A stretch of DNA of 64,000 bases from an uncultured Bifidobacterium sp. GTDB lineage: Bacteria > Actinomycetota > Acidimicrobiia > Acidimicrobiales > Ilumatobacteraceae. Shown here one piece after another: positions 10,726 through 18,812 of the stretch. Within the stretch, counting starts at the first letter, position 1, and every line of letters starts with the position of its first letter. Position numbers and translations under genes: made by a program. The stretch spans positions 11,800 to 75,799 of the forward strand of contig CAZIME010000003.1 in NCBI GenBank assembly GCA_964540395.1, written 5' to 3'. The notes under the pieces were generated by a model. The model ran no database searches and was not told the origin of the DNA. It was given only the letters and a program-made list of their open reading frames with translations.

Positions 10726-11799
10726 TTAGAGACCTCGCACGTAGTCAACGATTGCCGCGATCTGATCCTCGGTGAGCATGCCGCCGAATCCGGGCATGCG
10801 TCCGCCACCCTGACCTTGTTCGCCGTAACGCTTGCCGTACTCACTGCCGGCGGTGATGAACGCGATCATGTCGGCTCTGTTCGGGAACTGACGGATCGTC
10901 GAACCGCCCGTGAGGTTCGGTCCGAATGCACCGCCACCGGTGATCTGCGGTTCACCGTATGACCAGCCCTTGGTGTGGCAGCGGGCGCACGAGTACTGGC
11001 CGCCGCCGAGATCGAGGTTGAACAATGCTTCACCGAGGGATCCGTACGTGCCGGCCGCGACGAGGCGTTCGGCTTCTTCCTGGATCTGATCCTTCGTCGA
11101 CGCGGGCAGCGTTCCCCCGGCACACGTGCGCGGATCGGCGTCCGCCACGTCGCAGTTCTCGCGCGGCACCTGGATCGACTTCATGTATTCGATGATCGTC
11201 TGGATCTGTTGCTCGTTCAGCGGGCCACCACCGACGAGACCCCACGCCGACATCGGCGAGAACGGACGTCCGTAGTTGAGGATGAAGCGAACTTCTTCCT
11301 CGTCGAATCGCGAAAACACCGTGTTCAGGGCCGGGGCCTTCCAGTTCACCGACTTCACTTCCCCGGTCGTCGGGTCGGTGACGGCGTACGAGGCGACGCC
11401 ACCGGCACCGCTCATGCCGCCGTGACATCCCGCGCAATTGAAACCACCGTCGGCGGTCGAGGCAAAGAGTCCCGAACCCCAACGCTCGAACTTGTGCTGG
11501 AAGTCCTTCTCTGCACCGACCTGTCGACCCGGTTCGAGGATCCAGTACAGCGGCAGCGCGATCGTGAGTACGGCGAGGAAACCGAGACCGAGCAACTGGG
11601 TGCGCTCGAGCTTCTTTCCCTCGAGGATTTCGTCGTCGTAGTACGGCTTGCGGTTCGCCGCGAGCTCGATCTCCGAACCGATTTCCTTGCGGCTCGAACG
11701 GATGTTGAAGATGCCGTAGAGCGCCCAGCCGCCGAGAGCGACGAAGAGGACGATCCACGCGAGCGTGGTCGTGACGGCGGCGAGCAATGGTGCGTTCAT
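10726..11799 (-). CDS. Membrane-anchored dihaem cytochrome c
   Basis: Track ORF trimmed to the ATG at 11797-11799 (MNAPLLAAVTTTLAWIVLFVALGG..., a TM anchor). It has two haem c motifs, CAGCH and CARCH. Confidence 0.88.
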   Translation of the reverse strand: MNAPLLAAVTTTLAWIVLFVALGGWALYGIFNIRSSRKEIGSEIELAANRKPYYDDEILEGKKLERTQLLGLGFLAVLTIALPLYWILEPGRQVGAEKDFQHKFERWGSGLFASTADGGFNCAGCHGGMSGAGGVASYAVTDPTTGEVKSVNWKAPALNTVFSRFDEEEVRFILNYGRPFSPMSAWGLVGGGPLNEQQIQTIIEYMKSIQVPRENCDVADADPRTCAGGTLPASTKDQIQEEAERLVAAGTYGSLGEALFNLDLGGGQYSCARCHTKGWSYGEPQITGGGAFGPNLTGGSTIRQFPNRADMIAFITAGSEYGKRYGEQGQGGGRMPGFGGMLTEDQIAAIVDYVRGL

Positions 11800-11809
11800 G
11801 CCCGTGACC

Positions 11810-12649
11810 TCAGTGCGCGCCCGCGGCACCGACGCAATGCGGTCCCTCGGCTTCCTGTCCGGTGGTGTTCGTGCCGATCGGCGGGCCACCGAAAACGGTT
11901 CCCGTATCGATGATCACCTGGCCGTTGACGACGGAGATGCCGAAGTGGTCCATACCTCGCGGCGCCGGGCCGGCCTTCTTCTCACCGACGCGGTTGTACT
12001 GCGAGCCGTGGCACGGGCATTCGAACCACTGCGATGTCTCGCACACCGGCACGCGGCAACCGAGGTGCGGGCACTTCTGGTACGACGCGACGACTCCCGC
12101 CTGCATTCCGGCGAACACGGGAGCCTGACTGCCGTACGCAGCTTCGGCCTTTGCGAGCGATTCCTTCGGGTATTCCGACACCCACGAGCGCGCTTCGGGA
12201 AGGTACAAGAAACCCTTGTTCGAACGGATCGCGGCGATGACGTCGTCGATCTTGCCCGCATTGATCTTCGATCCGAATCCACCCGACGCACCTCGCCAGA
12301 GGAACGCGACGACCGCGGCACCGAAACCGCCGAGACCTGCGCTCATCAGGGTCACCGTCGCACGGTTGAAGAACTGACGACGCGACACGCCGATGACTTC
12401 GGGATCCGGCGGCGACCACGGGGCAACCTCAGCAGCCTTGGGAACCGCCACCGCCGTCGAGGTTGCGCGAGCGTTCACCGCAGCTGCTTCCGCCGCGCGT
12501 GACGCCTTGCGCGACACGCGATCACGCAACTTCGTCTCACGCGAAAGCACGCCCACTCGGTCGCGACGACGGGTCGCGGTGACGGCGATGACGACGCCGA
12601 GCACGAAGAGCACGGCGACTGCGATGGAAATGATGGTGATGCTGCTCAT
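11810..12649 (-). CDS. Rieske 2Fe-2S protein of a cytochrome bc/b6-type complex
   Basis: 279 aa with an N-terminal TM. Rieske boxes are CPHLGC and CPCHGS. Confidence 0.9.
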   Translation of the reverse strand: MSSITIISIAVAVLFVLGVVIAVTATRRRDRVGVLSRETKLRDRVSRKASRAAEAAAVNARATSTAVAVPKAAEVAPWSPPDPEVIGVSRRQFFNRATVTLMSAGLGGFGAAVVAFLWRGASGGFGSKINAGKIDDVIAAIRSNKGFLYLPEARSWVSEYPKESLAKAEAAYGSQAPVFAGMQAGVVASYQKCPHLGCRVPVCETSQWFECPCHGSQYNRVGEKKAGPAPRGMDHFGISVVNGQVIIDTGTVFGGPPIGTNTTGQEAEGPHCVGAAGAH

Positions 12650-12661
12650 GGTGACCGCCGA

Positions 12662-13396
12662 TCAGAGCTCGAAGAAGATTCCGTCACGCCACGGGAACGT
12701 GAAGTTGAAGCCGGGACCGCGGAAGAACGAGCCAATGATGACGAGGATCGCCCAGAACATCATGTGAACCGTCATCAGACTCGTGATGAACTTGCGGTCT
12801 TCGGGTTTGTTCGACGGGTTGCGATCGAGGTACGGCGCGAACATCAACGCGATGAGTCCCATTCCCGGGATGGTGACGCCCGCGATCATCGGATGGAACA
12901 TCGTGAGCAGTTCCTGCAGCCCGAGGAAGTACCACGGGGCCTTCGACGGGTTCGGGGTCGCATTGAAGTTCGCTGCCTGCAGCAACGGCGCGTTGACGAA
13001 CCACGAGAACATGAACGTGAATGCGAGGCACGCGAGCGCGGCGACGAACTCGACGGACAGCAGGTGCGGCCACGTGTGCACCTTGTCGACCGGCACGGCC
13101 TTCACGTCCTGGATCGATCCCGACTTAACAACGGTGAGCAGGCGCTGGGTGTGACCTCCGGGGCCGGCACCCATCGGTACGCCACCGCCGACGGGGGCAG
13201 CAACGACCGGAGCCTTCGGTGCGTCGGCAACGGCGACGCCGCCGGCACGGGCAGCCTTCGAACGATCGAGGAGTTCCTGCGGGATGCGCGACGCGCCGGC
13301 ACTCTGCGCCGACGACGCGTCGTCACCGCCGGTCGATGCGGCCTTTTCGCGGGCCGCTTGGGCGCGCTTGAGAAGGTGTTCGGGGATCTCCGTCAT
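12662..13396 (-). CDS. Cytochrome b C-terminal half (subunit IV / PetD-like) with a long N-terminal extension
   Basis: 244 aa with three TM helices. The Qo-region motif is KAPWYFLGLQELL (PEWY-equivalent). About 100 hydrophilic residues precede the first TM. Confidence 0.85.
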   Translation of the reverse strand: MTEIPEHLLKRAQAAREKAASTGGDDASSAQSAGASRIPQELLDRSKAARAGGVAVADAPKAPVVAAPVGGGVPMGAGPGGHTQRLLTVVKSGSIQDVKAVPVDKVHTWPHLLSVEFVAALACLAFTFMFSWFVNAPLLQAANFNATPNPSKAPWYFLGLQELLTMFHPMIAGVTIPGMGLIALMFAPYLDRNPSNKPEDRKFITSLMTVHMMFWAILVIIGSFFRGPGFNFTFPWRDGIFFEL

Positions 13397-13420
13397 GGTC
13401 GTTGGGCTCCTTTCACCGGC

Positions 13421-14206
13421 TCACAGCGGTCCGGAAATTCCGCCGTCCTTGCGGACGCGCCAGAAGTGAATGGCGAGGAAGATCACCGTGACGAACGGGA
13501 ACAAGATGACGTGGAGTACGTACCAACGCAACAGCGTTTCCGGTCCGATCTCGGTTCCGCCGAGGAGCACGAACCGCACCTGCGATCCGATCACCGGTGA
13601 GTAGCCCATCATGTTCGTTCCCACTGCGACTGCCCACAGTGCGAGCTGGTCCCACGGCAACAGGTAGCCGGTGAACGACAGCAGCAAGGTGAGCGTGAGG
13701 AGGATGACGCCGACGACCCAGTTGAACTCGCGGGGTGCCTTGTATGCGCCGTGGTAGAAGACGCGCGCCATGTGGAGGAACACCGAGAGGACCATGAGGT
13801 GCGCGCCCCAGCGGTGCATGTTGCGCACCATGAGGCCGAAGGTCACCGACGTGTGCAACGACTGGATGTCGTCCCACGCGTTGGCGGCGGTCGGACGGTA
13901 GAAGAACATCAGGAAAATGCCCGTAATCGTGAGCAAAATGAACAGGAAGAAGGAAAGCCCGCCGAGACACAGCGTGTAGCTCACCTTCACCGCGTGTCGC
14001 TTCACCTTCACCGGGTGGAGGTGGTACAGCACCGAGTTCATGACGACGTACGAACGGTTGCGCGGTGAATCGGTGTATCCCTTGCGGAAGATCGAACCGG
14101 GGCGGAAGATGGAGTTCCACACCTGGCTGCCCTGCAGGGACTCGTTCACCTTGGCAATGCGCTCCTTCAGCGAAGGGCGGGGCTTTTCTTCAACGACGCT
14201 GGCCAT
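13421..14206 (-). CDS. Cytochrome b6-like protein (N-terminal four-helix half of cytochrome b)
   Basis: 261 aa. The haem ligand pairs are H130-x13-H144 and H231-x14-H246. It also has YTLCLGG (Cys80). Confidence 0.9.
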   Translation of the reverse strand: MASVVEEKPRPSLKERIAKVNESLQGSQVWNSIFRPGSIFRKGYTDSPRNRSYVVMNSVLYHLHPVKVKRHAVKVSYTLCLGGLSFFLFILLTITGIFLMFFYRPTAANAWDDIQSLHTSVTFGLMVRNMHRWGAHLMVLSVFLHMARVFYHGAYKAPREFNWVVGVILLTLTLLLSFTGYLLPWDQLALWAVAVGTNMMGYSPVIGSQVRFVLLGGTEIGPETLLRWYVLHVILFPFVTVIFLAIHFWRVRKDGGISGPL

Positions 14207-14217
14207 GAATCGCTCCT

Positions 14218-14631
14218 TTAGAACCGCATCCCGTAGGCGTAACCGTGATTGTTCGTGCGCGCGTGGGGGTCACCGTTTGCCGGTGCCACACCGACCTTGC
14301 CCAACACGATGACGCCGGTCGGGCAACGGTCGACGCACAGTGCGCATCGCGTGCAGATGTCGTCGTCGATGACGAACACGACGTGGTCGGAGGGATCGGC
14401 GCCGGGCATCTCGGTGCCGGTCGATTCGACGACGGCTCCCGGGTTCACCATGTGGATGCACTTCCACGGGCAGATGTCGACGCAGCCCTCGCACATGATG
14501 CATTCGCTCTGATCGATGTGGATGAACTGCTTCGGCTTCACTGCCTTGCTGAGGTAGTCGGCATCGACCTCGACGAGGTGGTACTCGTCGGTGAACGGCA
14601 TCATCGGCGGATTGGCATCAGTGCGAGTCAC
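14218..14631 (-). CDS. 2[4Fe-4S] ferredoxin-like protein
   Basis: 137 aa with no TM or signal peptide. Motifs are CIMCEGCVDICP and CTRCALCVDRCP. Confidence 0.85.
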   Translation of the reverse strand: MTRTDANPPMMPFTDEYHLVEVDADYLSKAVKPKQFIHIDQSECIMCEGCVDICPWKCIHMVNPGAVVESTGTEMPGADPSDHVVFVIDDDICTRCALCVDRCPTGVIVLGKVGVAPANGDPHARTNNHGYAYGMRF

Positions 14632-14637
14632 GGTCGA

Positions 14638-15114
14638 TCACCCCTTCCTCACGAGCGGACGGCCATACGTGCTGGTCGGCAGGGCCTTCGGCTTCTGTTC
14701 GCCGCGCTTCTGCCACCAAGCAAACAGGTAAATCATCAGGCCGATGTAGAAGGCGTGGATGACGATGACGATGATGTCGCGAATCGCCTCGTAAGAAATG
14801 GTGAAGGCGAAGGGGCCCCCGAGTTCCTGGGGCTTCAGGAGATCGAAGGGTCCGAAGATGATCTTGTCCTTGCGCCAGCCGAGATCCTTGTCGGCATGGT
14901 CGATCCATTGGTGGGGCACGACTCCGAAGGCAAGGAACAACACGAAGAAGGCGTACGCGGAACCGAACATCGCCTCACCCCACGTCGCCTTGCGGTCGGA
15001 GCGACGGCGCTTGCCGACGGGAATGATGACGAGAGCGAGGGCGGTGGTGATGATGAACGAGAAGAGGAACGCCTGGTTCATCCCCGGCCATCTCAGAACG
15101 TCGACTGCCAACAT
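14638..15114 (-). CDS. Small integral membrane protein, family not recognised
   Basis: 158 aa with 3-4 hydrophobic helices. It is the first gene of the string; an alternative ATG ends at 15081 (MNQAFLF...). Confidence 0.65.
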   Translation of the reverse strand: MLAVDVLRWPGMNQAFLFSFIITTALALVIIPVGKRRRSDRKATWGEAMFGSAYAFFVLFLAFGVVPHQWIDHADKDLGWRKDKIIFGPFDLLKPQELGGPFAFTISYEAIRDIIVIVIHAFYIGLMIYLFAWWQKRGEQKPKALPTSTYGRPLVRKG

Positions 15115-15298
15115 GCGTGTCGAAGCCTAGTAGGGGTGCCGATCGCAGGCATATCGTGGAGATAAGTGCGCTCGTGCATGAACTTCGGTCGTCGACTCCC
15201 ATCGGGTTAGTCTCTTCGGTTGTGTTTGCAGCTCATCGTGCCGCGCTCGTGCTCTCCACGGTTGCAGTGAGGCTGCCCGTCGAAAAGGCATCGCTGTC

Positions 15299-16123
15299 AT
15301 GACCGAAGTACCCGATTATCTCCTCAAGCGCTCGCGCGACCGGCGCGCGGTTCTGCAGGGTGGAACTCCGTCCGCCGACGCACCCGCCGCATCGAGCGCA
15401 GCCGTTGAAAAGGCGACGAGTTCGTCCGCTGCACCCGCCGTCGCAGCAGAGCCGACTCCTCCGCCGCCCCCGAAACCCGATCCTGCATACGTCGTTGCGG
15501 CAAAGACCCGCAAGAAGATTCCGTTCTGGGCAATGGCCACGCTGAGTTTGTTGCCGTTGTGGGCATTTCTCTATCTCCTCGCATTGTCGCCGCAGGAAGA
15601 AACCGTCGAAGGTCCGATGGCCATCGGTGCCGAGGTCTACGGATCGTGCGCAAGCTGCCACGGTGCCGCCGGACAGGGCGGTGCGGGTCGCATTCTCCAC
15701 GAAGGCGAAGTACTCCTCACCTTCCCGCACATCGAAGACATGCTGAACTTCGTCTACACGGGCAGCCAGCCGTACGTATCGGCCGGACTCAACGTGTACG
15801 GCAACCCCGAGCGCGAAGGTGGCGTGCACGCGCCGTTGTCGTACAACGGCAACGCGATGCCGTCACAGGGTGCCAAGTGGGGCGGCGGTCTCACCGAGTA
15901 CGAAATTCTCGGCGTCGTGTGCCACGTGCGCTACGCCATTTCGGGTGCCGATCCGGCGAGCGAGGAATGGCTCGAGGAATACGAGCGGTGGTGCTCACCG
16001 GAATCGGAGATCTTCGCCGGACTGCAGGACGGAACGACGACGTTCGACACGGTCGCCGACACGTTCAACATGCTCGAGAATCCGCCGCGCATCGTCGGCA
16101 CCGAAGCGCGCGCGTCGAAGTAA
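15299..16123 (+). CDS. Membrane-anchored monohaem cytochrome c
   Basis: 274 aa with an Ala/Pro-rich linker, one TM (IPFWAMATLSLLPLWAFLYLLAL) and a single CASCH motif. Confidence 0.85.
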   Translation: MTEVPDYLLKRSRDRRAVLQGGTPSADAPAASSAAVEKATSSSAAPAVAAEPTPPPPPKPDPAYVVAAKTRKKIPFWAMATLSLLPLWAFLYLLALSPQEETVEGPMAIGAEVYGSCASCHGAAGQGGAGRILHEGEVLLTFPHIEDMLNFVYTGSQPYVSAGLNVYGNPEREGGVHAPLSYNGNAMPSQGAKWGGGLTEYEILGVVCHVRYAISGADPASEEWLEEYERWCSPESEIFAGLQDGTTTFDTVADTFNMLENPPRIVGTEARASK

Positions 16124-16222
16124 CCGCCTCGCGGTAACTTCCGTCACCTCGTCTCGACTCCGCTTCGGATATCGCTGCTGCGTGCCGTCCGTGAACGGCG
16201 CACACCGTACGCTGACGGTCAT

Positions 16223-17476
16223 ATGACGACCCCCGATTCGTCGCGCGTACTCGTCATCGGTGCGGGTCCGGGCGGTGCGGCGATGGGTTACTGGCTCGCC
16301 CGGCACGGCCACGACGTCACCCTCGTCGAGAAGAAGCACTTTCCCCGCGACAAGACGTGCGGTGACGGCCTCACCCCACGTGCCGTGAAGCAACTCGAGG
16401 ACATGGGGCTCACCGACGCGTTGTCGAAGCACCATCGTTACGACGGACTTCGCGCCACGGCCCACGGTCGGCAACTCGAGTTGCAGTGGCCGAGCCATCC
16501 GATCTATCCGCAGCACGGCTACGTCGTGCGACGCCGCGACCTCGACATGATGGTCGCGCACAATGCCCGCGATGCCGGCGCCACGTTGCTCGAGGGACAC
16601 GAAGCCACCCAGCCGATCGTCGAGCGAGGGTGCGTGCGCGGAGCGGTCGTGCGCGATCTCGATCGCGACGTCACGACGGAGATGCGCGCCGACTACGTCG
16701 TCATCGCCGACGGGGCGAACAGCCGGTTCGGACGGTCGCTCGGGACGTCGCGCACGAAGGAATGGCCGTACGGCACCGCGATTCGCACGTACTGGCAGAG
16801 TCCGCGCCATGCCGACCCGTGGATCGAATCGGCCCTCGACGTGAAGGATCGCAACGGCGACTCGATGCCGGGCTACGGATGGATCTTCCCCGTCGGCGAC
16901 GGCACGATCAACGTCGGTGTCGGACTTCTCTCCACCTTCAAGAACTTCCGCCAGGTGAACACGTCGCATCTGCTCGATTCGTACGCGCACATGATCGCCG
17001 ATACGTGGGGCATCGATCCGTCGTCACCCGAATGCCGGGCGACGAGCGGCAAGATTCCGATGGGCGGATCGGTTTTCCCGAAGCAAGGTGCAACGCACCT
17101 CGTCATCGGTGATGCAGCAGGCAGTGTGAACCCCTTCAACGGCGAGGGCATCGACTATGCGTACGAAACTGCGCGCATCGGTGCCGACGTTCTGCACGAG
17201 GCGATCATGACGAACGACGCCACGATTCTCACCCGTTACCCGACGTTGCTCGATGCCGAGTACGGGCAGTACTTCAAGGTGGCCCGCCTGTTCGCGCGGG
17301 TGATCGGGCGACCGGCGCTCATGCGCGAACTGTCGCGCGTCGGAATTCGCAGCCACACGCTCATGGAATGGGTGCTGCGTATCATGGCCAACTTGTTGCG
17401 ACCCGACGAGCGCGGTCCTGCTGAAGTTGCGTACAAGATGGCTGCGGCGATCGTGCGCCTCGCGCCGAACGCCTGA
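16223..17476 (+). CDS. Geranylgeranyl reductase family FAD-dependent oxidoreductase (possible menaquinone side-chain reductase)
   Basis: 417 aa. It has the VLVIGAGPGGAAMGYWLARHGHDVTLVEKK dinucleotide fold and CGDGLTPRA. Confidence 0.85.
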   Translation: MTTPDSSRVLVIGAGPGGAAMGYWLARHGHDVTLVEKKHFPRDKTCGDGLTPRAVKQLEDMGLTDALSKHHRYDGLRATAHGRQLELQWPSHPIYPQHGYVVRRRDLDMMVAHNARDAGATLLEGHEATQPIVERGCVRGAVVRDLDRDVTTEMRADYVVIADGANSRFGRSLGTSRTKEWPYGTAIRTYWQSPRHADPWIESALDVKDRNGDSMPGYGWIFPVGDGTINVGVGLLSTFKNFRQVNTSHLLDSYAHMIADTWGIDPSSPECRATSGKIPMGGSVFPKQGATHLVIGDAAGSVNPFNGEGIDYAYETARIGADVLHEAIMTNDATILTRYPTLLDAEYGQYFKVARLFARVIGRPALMRELSRVGIRSHTLMEWVLRIMANLLRPDERGPAEVAYKMAAAIVRLAPNA

Positions 17477-17495
17477 CTGCCCCGCTGCGTCGCGC

Positions 17496-18104
17496 TCAGC
17501 CCGCGGCGGGCACGCACACGACCTCGATAATCTCGTCGCGATCGACGTCGAGGATCGTGCGTATTCCGCGGCTCGCATAGCGCTCGATGAACTGGCGCAG
17601 CGTTCGCGTCGTCTCCTCGCCCGCACAGGTGCGCACGACACCGTTCGTCAGCGGGACGATCCAGTCGTTGGCGAGCACGCCCCGATCACCGTCGTCGACC
17701 ATGTCGACGAGCGTCGGCAGCGTGAGCACGCGCGACTCGGGGTCATCGGCGGGAACGACGGCGAACCACACGACCGCGGGTCCGAGAGTGTCGGCGAGCA
17801 GAACACACGCGGCCGGAGTGCCTCGATCGGTGCAGGATGCTTCACCCGGGGTGCCGTCGGTGATCGCCACGCGTCGTCCGTCGTCGAGCAGCAGCGTGGC
17901 CGTGCCGACGGAGCGACCGTCGGCGGTCGTCCACGCGTCGGCCCCTTCCCAGGCCATCACCGATGCGGTGGTATCGACGTTGCGTCGCGGGATGTCGGTC
18001 GACGGAGATTCACCGCCGCCGAGCACCACGGCAGCCAGGACGACCGTGGCCAGGATGACCGCGGCGAGTGCTGCCCACGTGCGCCACGCGAGCAGTTGAC
18101 GCAC
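17496..18104 (-). CDS. Hypothetical membrane-anchored or secreted protein
   Basis: 202 aa with an N-terminal hydrophobic helix (AALAAVILATVVLAAVVL). Composition is protein-like; no family recognised. Confidence 0.55.
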   Translation of the reverse strand: MRQLLAWRTWAALAAVILATVVLAAVVLGGGESPSTDIPRRNVDTTASVMAWEGADAWTTADGRSVGTATLLLDDGRRVAITDGTPGEASCTDRGTPAACVLLADTLGPAVVWFAVVPADDPESRVLTLPTLVDMVDDGDRGVLANDWIVPLTNGVVRTCAGEETTRTLRQFIERYASRGIRTILDVDRDEIIEVVCVPAAG

Positions 18105-18113
18105 GACGCGAGG

Positions 18114-18812
18114 TTAGACGCCGACCGCGTCGGTTCGGGGCGACGAGCCCGCCGACCGCATCTGCTCGTGGTAACCGAGGATCTGCAGTTCGACGCCGAG
18201 GTCGACATTGCGCACCGACACGCCGTTCGGAACCGTCAGTACGACGGGTGCGAAGTTGAGCAACGATCCGATACCGGCGGCGATGAGATCATCGGCGACG
18301 CTCTGTGCCGCCGTCGACGGGACGGCGACGACTCCGATTCGTACGCCCATCGATTGCACCACTTCCTTCATGTCATCCATGTGTCGCACGGTTGCTCCAC
18401 CGATCTTCGTGCCCACCTTCTTCGGGTCGACGTCGAACAGACACGCAACGGGAAATCCGCGCGACGCGAAGCCACCGTTCGTCGCCAGGGCCGAGCCCAG
18501 GTTCCCCGCGCCGGCGACGACGACTTTCCACTCGGTGAGCAGGCCGAGCTCGCGCTTGATTTGGTAGACGAGGTAGGTCACCTCGTACCCCACCCCGCGC
18601 GTTCCGTACGTGCCGAGGTACGACAGGTCCTTGCGGACCTTCGCCGCATTGACACCGGCGAGTGCCGCGAGCTGATCACTGGAGATTTGGTGCGTCTCGG
18701 TCATCTGCAAGTCGCTGAGAATCTGCAGATAGACGGGTAGCCGATTGACGGCGGCATCGGGAATGCGCCGTGACCGGCGTGGGCTGGTGGGAACGTCGGG
18801 AGGGGTCGACAT
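18114..18812 (-). CDS. rex: Redox-sensing transcriptional repressor Rex
   Basis: Start set at MSTPPDV (ATG ends 18812; an alternative ends 18842). Motifs are RLPVYLQIL, SYLGTYGTRGVGYEV and the Rossmann VVVAGAGNLGSALA. Confidence 0.9.
   Translation of the reverse strand: MSTPPDVPTSPRRSRRIPDAAVNRLPVYLQILSDLQMTETHQISSDQLAALAGVNAAKVRKDLSYLGTYGTRGVGYEVTYLVYQIKRELGLLTEWKVVVAGAGNLGSALATNGGFASRGFPVACLFDVDPKKVGTKIGGATVRHMDDMKEVVQSMGVRIGVVAVPSTAAQSVADDLIAAGIGSLLNFAPVVLTVPNGVSVRNVDLGVELQILGYHEQMRSAGSSPRTDAVGV

Noticed and set aside
15115-15298. Searched for a Rex operator (TGTGAA-N4-TTCACA) upstream of the cytochrome b/nuo string.
   Set aside because: Only partial half-sites are present (TTGTGTTTGCAGCTCA), with no credible inverted repeat.
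15995-16990. 331-aa minus-strand ORF.
   Set aside because: It is antisense to the geranylgeranyl reductase gene, which has a clear FAD-binding fold. The ORF itself has junk composition.
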